A stretch of DNA of 21,412 nt, from the IMG/VR virus record IMGVR_UViG_2740892117_000010, positions 1 to 21,412 of that record. One strand, given 5' to 3'. This document shows, piece by piece, positions 16,680-21,412 of this stretch (position 1 is its first letter; the number at the start of each line of letters is the position of its first letter). Source of the DNA: a virus (Duplodnaviria > Heunggongvirae > Uroviricota > Caudoviricetes). Position numbers and translations under genes: made by a program. The notes beneath the pieces were generated by a model that saw only the letters and a program-made list of their open reading frames with translations, ran no database searches and was not told the origin of the DNA.

Positions 16680-17860
16680 CCATGGCGGCAAGGCCACGTA
16701 AAAAAGAATACAGACATCTTCCTGATTATCTGGTTTTTGATAAAGATCGAGGTGTTTATAAATTCACACTTATTACCGGAAAAAAGAAAAATATAGGTAA
16801 GGATCGGGCAATAGCCGTTGCAATCGCCAGAGAGTACAACCTGAGGATGCGATCAGAATTATACCCATCAGTGGATAATCTTATTAGAGAATCTGGCGGG
16901 GTCACCGGAGAAGCAAAACCATTTGCTGAACATGTCGATCACATAATGGCCAGAATTATCGAAGACGAACGACCTTCCCAGAGTACCTTAGATGACTGGA
17001 AAAATGACGCTCTACGCGTAAAAGCATTTTTCGTAAATGTTCCGGCATGCGATATCGAACTTGAACACGTTAATGCCTACATCAACAAATATCATGCCAG
17101 CGCATCCGCAAATGTGCAGAACAGAAAGGTCAGCTTTCTTAAAAAGTTGTTCTCTTATGCGGTCGATGAATCACTAATGCAGGATAACCCGGCCATCAGA
17201 AAAAAAATGCGTAGGACTGATGAGAAGAAAAGACGGCGCCTGTCACTCGAGCATTTTATAGCTATCAGGCAGGCCGCTGCACCATGGTTAAGAACAGCAA
17301 TGGACCTAGCATTGCAGACTACACATGCACGACTCGAAGTATCGCGAATCCGTTACTCAATTCGCGAACCTAAAGACGGTTTATGTGGATGTGTTTGGTT
17401 CGAACAACCACAAAATGGCATATATGGTACACTATACATCCATAGGCAAAAAGTACAAAAAAAGGAGGCATCACATGTTGCAATACCAATTGGTGAAGAA
17501 TTGAAACGGATAATTGACAATAGCCGTGACAATGTGGCCAGTCCCTTTGTCGTTCATAGAATCCCAGAACGGCATGTTAAACGCAGTAAAGAGGTTTCGC
17601 ACCCAACTCAAGTTGCACCAGATTATTTGAGTCGGTCATTCTCTTCCGTGCGAGACAAACTCGGACTATGCAATCATCTAGCAATGGAACAAAGACCTAC
17701 ATTCCATGAAATAAGAGCTTTGGCAGCTCACCTATTTGATAAACAAGGGATTGATCCGCAGGGACGAATGGCACATAGCGATGCGAAATCTACTAAAATT
17801 TATACTAAAAATCATATAGATTGGATTGTTGTCCCTCATGGAGAAATTAAAACCGGTTAG
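16676..17860 (+). CDS. int: Tyrosine integrase, lambda Int family
   Basis: N-terminal arm-binding-like region; C-terminal catalytic region parallels lambda Int (PTFHEIRALAAHLF vs PTFHELRSLSARLY, then H...Y). Confidence 0.9.
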   Translation: MTMAARPRKKEYRHLPDYLVFDKDRGVYKFTLITGKKKNIGKDRAIAVAIAREYNLRMRSELYPSVDNLIRESGGVTGEAKPFAEHVDHIMARIIEDERPSQSTLDDWKNDALRVKAFFVNVPACDIELEHVNAYINKYHASASANVQNRKVSFLKKLFSYAVDESLMQDNPAIRKKMRRTDEKKRRRLSLEHFIAIRQAAAPWLRTAMDLALQTTHARLEVSRIRYSIREPKDGLCGCVWFEQPQNGIYGTLYIHRQKVQKKEASHVAIPIGEELKRIIDNSRDNVASPFVVHRIPERHVKRSKEVSHPTQVAPDYLSRSFSSVRDKLGLCNHLAMEQRPTFHEIRALAAHLFDKQGIDPQGRMAHSDAKSTKIYTKNHIDWIVVPHGEIKTG

Positions 17861-17997
17861 TTATTAAATTCTCCACTTTATTTTGACTGACAATAACGGT
17901 TGCTAAGGCATAGAGTAAAGCTTAATTTAAAAGGCAGTTCTATGCCCATTTACCATAACTCCTCCCTTGTCCAGAAAGCAATATTTATTAATAAAAT

Positions 17998-18954
17998 TTA
18001 TTTACCCTTATTATACTCTTCAGTAATCTTATTCATGGATGATATATATTTATCCAGCCCACCATAGTTGGCTATCATTCGAAATGAATTACGGTACTCT
18101 GCCATTTTCACATCATGATTAGTAATTCCACACCAGCCACAAACTTTATTTTCCATGTTTAAAGGCTCATAACATTTTTTACATTGCCTTGATGCAGGTA
18201 TTATATTGCCATTAATAAATTGGTGTGATTTGAGATTTTGAGATAAAAGAAATGGTGTAGTTGTTGTTTTTCCTATTACCATTTCGAAATATCTACATTT
18301 AGCCTTTTTAGCTAAAGATTGAATTTTCTGCTTTAATAAATCATTTGATTTGTGCCCAACTATAACTCCAGTTATACAATTAATCGGTACCGGAAGGAGC
18401 ATAAGATTGTCATTCAGTTTAGTAAGTGCTTTCTCATTAATTATTACGCGACGTTCCTGCTCATAACTCCAGCAAGTTTGTTTTGTCAAATATGCGGCTG
18501 TCATTATACAGGATTGTAGCCAGTAGATATAACGAGGTTTACAGATATGAAATGCTCTCGCCAGAATGTCTTCAATACCTGTATCTGGAGAATCTTTATA
18601 TTCAACATCTGCTATTGAACTATGATCCTGGAAGCCGATTTCATCCAAATACTTTTTAAACTTCTCCTCATTAATCTCTATTACAAAACCAGAAGAATTA
18701 CCTGCATAATGTGCCCACATAGGTGGTATCACAGGGCTTTTCGTAAAACAAGTTGCTGGTTGTTTTGTAACCATGCCAATCATTTCATTGTAAAATGCTA
18801 ACTCATCAGAACCGCGATTAAAATCAATAGTAAGGAAAAACTCATAGGGATCATTATATTCATGTAAATGAGAGAATTTTATTCCTATATGTGTTTCATC
18901 CATCATCAATTTATCAATTATATCCGCTCCCATAAACTTATACAAATTGGTCAT
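17998..18954 (-). CDS. DUF2971-like protein with C-terminal CxxC...CxxC zinc ribbon; AT-rich cargo gene
   Basis: ATG at 18954 with AAGGAG Shine-Dalgarno; N-terminal NLYKF...FSHLHEYNDPYEF resembles the DUF2971 signature as remembered; C-terminal CKKCYEPLNMENKVCGWCG; markedly AT-rich versus flanks. Confidence 0.6.
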   Translation of the reverse strand: MTNLYKFMGADIIDKLMMDETHIGIKFSHLHEYNDPYEFFLTIDFNRGSDELAFYNEMIGMVTKQPATCFTKSPVIPPMWAHYAGNSSGFVIEINEEKFKKYLDEIGFQDHSSIADVEYKDSPDTGIEDILARAFHICKPRYIYWLQSCIMTAAYLTKQTCWSYEQERRVIINEKALTKLNDNLMLLPVPINCITGVIVGHKSNDLLKQKIQSLAKKAKCRYFEMVIGKTTTTPFLLSQNLKSHQFINGNIIPASRQCKKCYEPLNMENKVCGWCGITNHDVKMAEYRNSFRMIANYGGLDKYISSMNKITEEYNKGK

Positions 18955-19050
18955 ATACAACTCCTTTTTTATAAAATAACATTTTAAATCATATGATTAT
19001 GGAGGCACAAAATCCAGTAATTAGTTTTCAAGCCGGTTGTGATGTAGTTC

Positions 19051-19403
19051 GAGGACAAACTGAAACGTATTATTGATAACAGTCGCGATAACGTTGCCTG
19101 CCCGTATATCGTTCACCGTATACCGAGCGTAATAACAAACGCAGTAAAGAGGTATCCGCACCTGCCTATCTTAGCCATACTTTTCATTGCCCCGTGATTC
19201 GTTAGGCTTGTGTAATAATTTGACGATGGAGCTGCGCCCCCACATTCCACAAAATACGCGCACTAGCTGCATTTTGTTTGATAAACAGGGAGTAGACCAC
19301 AAGGGCTCATAGCCCACAGCGACGCGAAATCAACGAAAATTTATACGCGGAACCATATGATTGGGTAATGCTTCCGCACGGTGAAATTAAATACAATGCA
19401 TAA
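19051..19403 (+). pseudogene. Decayed 3' remnant of a second lambda-family integrase
   Basis: Roughly 70 percent nucleotide similarity by eye to int 17497-17860 (KLKRIIDNSRDNVA..., ...PHGEIK), with frameshifts and premature stops. Confidence 0.75.
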
Positions 19404-19436
19404 TAAAATTGGCCTCAAATGAGGCCAATTTTGGGG
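19404..19436. terminator. Bidirectional intrinsic terminator (perfect 12-bp inverted repeat AAATTGGCCTCA / TGAGGCCAATTT)
   Basis: Hairpin flanked by T-runs on both strands, between the integrase remnant and the convergent two-gene operon. Confidence 0.75.
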
Positions 19437-19437
19437 A

Positions 19438-19821
19438 TTAGGACGCTTTAGACTTGGTCATATTAGCGCAACGCTGGATTAATTTCTCTGCAGTCTTAAT
19501 CGCGGTGCTTGATTGGGTTGGCGTAATAGTGTCGTTAAGTCTGTAATCACAAACTATTCTCTGATCCTTAAGCGATTGAAGAGCATACCCCAAACCAATT
19601 AAGTCTCTTTTTTCAAAAGGTTCGTTACCCTTCCAAGCATCGTTAACAAGATAGTCAATGAGGCCTTGGTGACTTTCTTTCGGCCCCATGGTCAAACACG
19701 GAAGTACGTGGTGATAAGCACCATAATACGCACGTGCGACAGCGTTTCTGTAACCAATTTCGTCGTTACGCTTTTCACAATCTTTTGCGAAAGCGATAAA
19801 ATCGGAACTATTAACTGGCAC
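19438..19821 (-). CDS. Hypothetical protein (127 aa from GTG 19821; 144 aa if TTG 19872), possible HEPN-like helical fold
   Basis: GTG at 19821 with GGAGGA 8 nt upstream, overlapping the upstream stop; RAYYGAYHH has R-x6-H spacing but family assignment is speculative. Confidence 0.55.
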   Translation of the reverse strand: MPVNSSDFIAFAKDCEKRNDEIGYRNAVARAYYGAYHHVLPCLTMGPKESHQGLIDYLVNDAWKGNEPFEKRDLIGLGYALQSLKDQRIVCDYRLNDTITPTQSSTAIKTAEKLIQRCANMTKSKAS

Positions 19822-20578
19822 GCGCAGGTTCCTCCAAACGCCCTTCAAACCATACGCTGAAGGGTTTTCCAATCAAACTTTCATTTTCTGCAAGAGAAAA
19901 TGCTATATCCAAGTTCATATCAGAGAGAACATCAGAATCTTCAGTATTAACTGCCATGACATATGATGACGTACGCTCTTCAGGGATAGAGCAGAAAGAC
20001 ATAGCAACAGGACTAACTTTATGGTCAGCCATGATATCCACTATGCGGTTTGCAATATCCTGTAGTTCTTCATCAGTAATTCCAGTTGCACTTTTGAAGG
20101 TCGTGGATTGGGCCAGTGCTGTGGCTGCGAGGTGCTTAACCAATTCAGCCTCCTTTTCATCTACCATACTTATCAATCTCTCAGCATAGTAGAGCGCTTT
20201 GTCAATACGCCCCAAGAACAAGTTAGCTTCCCATGCATGGGACAGCATCGTAGGGGAGTTATAACGTTCAACTAATCGATTTACCACTTGTTCAACTTCA
20301 CGGAAGCTGCCGTAATCGTTGAGATAAACTACATAATTTTGAGCAATGATCAGGTTGTTATGCTTCAATGCTTCTTCAAAGAATGCAACTGCAGTATCTT
20401 TACGCCCAAAAGCACCATTAGCCAACGCTTTGAGATAGTCCTCAGATGCGCTGTCGCGCAACTTTTCTATATCTCTGATATAACGAAAATATTGCATTTC
20501 GGATATCGTATTCCGAGCCGCAAGAATATCGATTAATTCACTGCTGATTTCGTTCGCTTTTAGCGCCGGCTGTGGCAT
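19811..20578 (-). CDS. Hypothetical alpha-helical protein (255 aa), first gene of a two-gene operon
   Basis: ATG at 20578 with AAAGGTGA Shine-Dalgarno; TPR-like helical composition by eye; no catalytic motif recognised. Confidence 0.6.
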   Translation of the reverse strand: MPQPALKANEISSELIDILAARNTISEMQYFRYIRDIEKLRDSASEDYLKALANGAFGRKDTAVAFFEEALKHNNLIIAQNYVVYLNDYGSFREVEQVVNRLVERYNSPTMLSHAWEANLFLGRIDKALYYAERLISMVDEKEAELVKHLAATALAQSTTFKSATGITDEELQDIANRIVDIMADHKVSPVAMSFCSIPEERTSSYVMAVNTEDSDVLSDMNLDIAFSLAENESLIGKPFSVWFEGRLEEPARAS

Positions 20579-20773
20579 TAAATCACCTTTAAGAAACTAC
20601 GAGCTATGTTGCTTTAACTTCTGCAATCTTAGTAAGTTTTAGAAGGTTACATGAAGATGATCGTAATTTCCAATGGGCTAAAATGGTCAAAAAGCGAAGT
20701 AATTGTTGACTTTACGCCAAACATAAAACAATCAACAAAAAACATGTAGCCGCTCGGAAACTTAGGAGATAAG

Positions 20774-20802
20774 TCTGTGGATAACTAAATCTTATCCACA
20801 GA
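20774..20802. promoter_or_regulatory. Head-to-head pair of consensus DnaA boxes (TTATCCACA) forming an 11-bp inverted repeat
   Basis: TCTGTGGATAA - 7 bp - TTATCCACAGA in the AT-rich upstream region of the 19438-20578 operon. Confidence 0.5.
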
Positions 20803-21012
20803 AAAGCATATTAGAAGCAAATCAAAAAGTGCTATAGACGGAACCTATTAATATAGTAATGCTCCAAAAACTGACCATTTAGGAGTGGGGAAAAATCTCT
20901 CTTAACTCATTGATGTATATAGCGTGAATTTTGCGAATTATGCACTGTTTGCGCACACAGTGAAACACCCTGCCAGCCCAGCAATGGCGCGGTCTCCAGC
21001 GTTTCAGGCGCG

Positions 21013-21062
21013 GTGACATGGGGTGTCGGGGGTCGGAGGTTCAAATCCTCTCGTGCCGACCA
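21013..21062 (+). other. att core: 3' fragment of tRNA-Pro (proL-like; anticodon arm to CCA), not a complete tRNA
   Basis: ...ATGGGGTGTCGGGGGTCGGAGGTTCAAATCCTCTCGTGCCGACCA matches the remembered proL 3' half (T-arm, acceptor 3' strand, CCA); no complementary 5' acceptor strand (CGGCACG) upstream. Confidence 0.75.
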
Positions 21063-21074
21063 AAAATCCCAAGA

Positions 21075-21102
21075 AAACCAACCTATTGCGGTTGGTTTTT
21101 TT
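21075..21102 (+). terminator. Intrinsic terminator (native host terminator following tRNA-Pro)
   Basis: AAAACCAACC - TATTGC - GGTTGGTTTT followed by a T-run. Confidence 0.8.
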
Positions 21103-21163
21103 ATATCTGCATTTAATTCGATAAACAGACCGCGACACATCACGGCCTGTTTATTTTCTGTTA

Positions 21164-21412
21164 TCAGAACGTCCAGACCACACCCGCCTGAGTTGTGCTG
21201 CTTTCTTCACGGGAGAAACGGCTGTCGATACCAAGCGTTAGCCCCGTCAATGTTTGCTCAAAGCCAGCGCCTGCATCAGTGGTCACGTTGTTGCGGCTGT
21301 TAATTGCCGAACTCCACATCGCCGTATCGTAATTAACGCCTTTTACGCTACCAAGACGCCCACGCACGGTGTCCAGTTCTGCATCAAATACCAGCGGTTG
21401 TGCTGCCGCCAT
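21164..21412 (-). CDS. Host outer-membrane/autotransporter-like protein, C-terminal fragment (yejO-like; continues beyond window end)
   Basis: Beta-strand-like alternating pattern ending in a terminal aromatic (...AGVVWTF); convergent with tRNA-Pro as yejO is beside proL in E. coli K-12 (from memory). Confidence 0.45.
   Translation of the reverse strand: MAAAQPLVFDAELDTVRGRLGSVKGVNYDTAMWSSAINSRNNVTTDAGAGFEQTLTGLTLGIDSRFSREESSTTQAGVVWTF

Larger units (their letters stand above)
1..21062. mobile_element. Lambdoid prophage, int-proximal part (continues beyond window start); boundary at tRNA-Pro att core
   Basis: Contiguous phage modules: Nu1, cos, lysis cassette, Q, nin-like region, replication, cI/cro immunity, xis-int, ending at a tRNA 3' fragment followed by host-like sequence. 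Confidence 0.9.

Noticed and set aside
20985-21062. Complete tRNA-Pro gene
   Set aside because: Only the 3' half matches; no 5' acceptor strand complementary to CGTGCCG exists upstream, so this is an att-core fragment.
20907-21143. 78-aa minus-strand ORF
   Set aside because: It spans the tRNA fragment and terminator; an incidental ORF.

Overview
This window is the int-proximal ~21 kb of a lambdoid prophage (a lambda / phage-21 / CPS-53-like mosaic) sitting at a tRNA-Pro (proL-like) locus of an E. coli-like chromosome. Late genes run on the minus strand. Order from the left: Nu1 terminase small subunit (partial) - lambda-type cos - two-gene moron - tandem terminators - Rz/Rz1 spanins - SAR endolysin - an inserted 116-aa ORF - S21-type pinholin - DNA methyltransferase - late promoter/terminator - Q-like antiterminator - DUF968 - KilA-N - RusA - LexA-DNA-binding-domain protein - Dam-like methyltransferase - PerC-like - O-like replication initiator with ori iterons - cII-position genes - cro. 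On the plus strand follow the cI repressor, a pL-like operon (frameshifted ClpX-type zinc-finger ORF, small ORFs, a structured GC-rich terminator region, a yfdPQRS-like module), xis and int. Beyond int lie an AT-rich DUF2971-like cargo gene, a decayed 3' remnant of a second integrase, a bidirectional terminator, a translationally coupled two-gene operon of unrecognised function with DnaA-box palindrome upstream, and the att junction (3' fragment of tRNA-Pro, host terminator, 3' end of a yejO-like autotransporter gene). The best candidates for an undescribed system are the two-gene operon at 19438-20578 and the DUF2971-like gene at 17998-18954, then the Rz-cos moron pair and the ORF inside the lysis cassette. 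All homology calls are by eye from remembered sequences and motifs; no database search was run.
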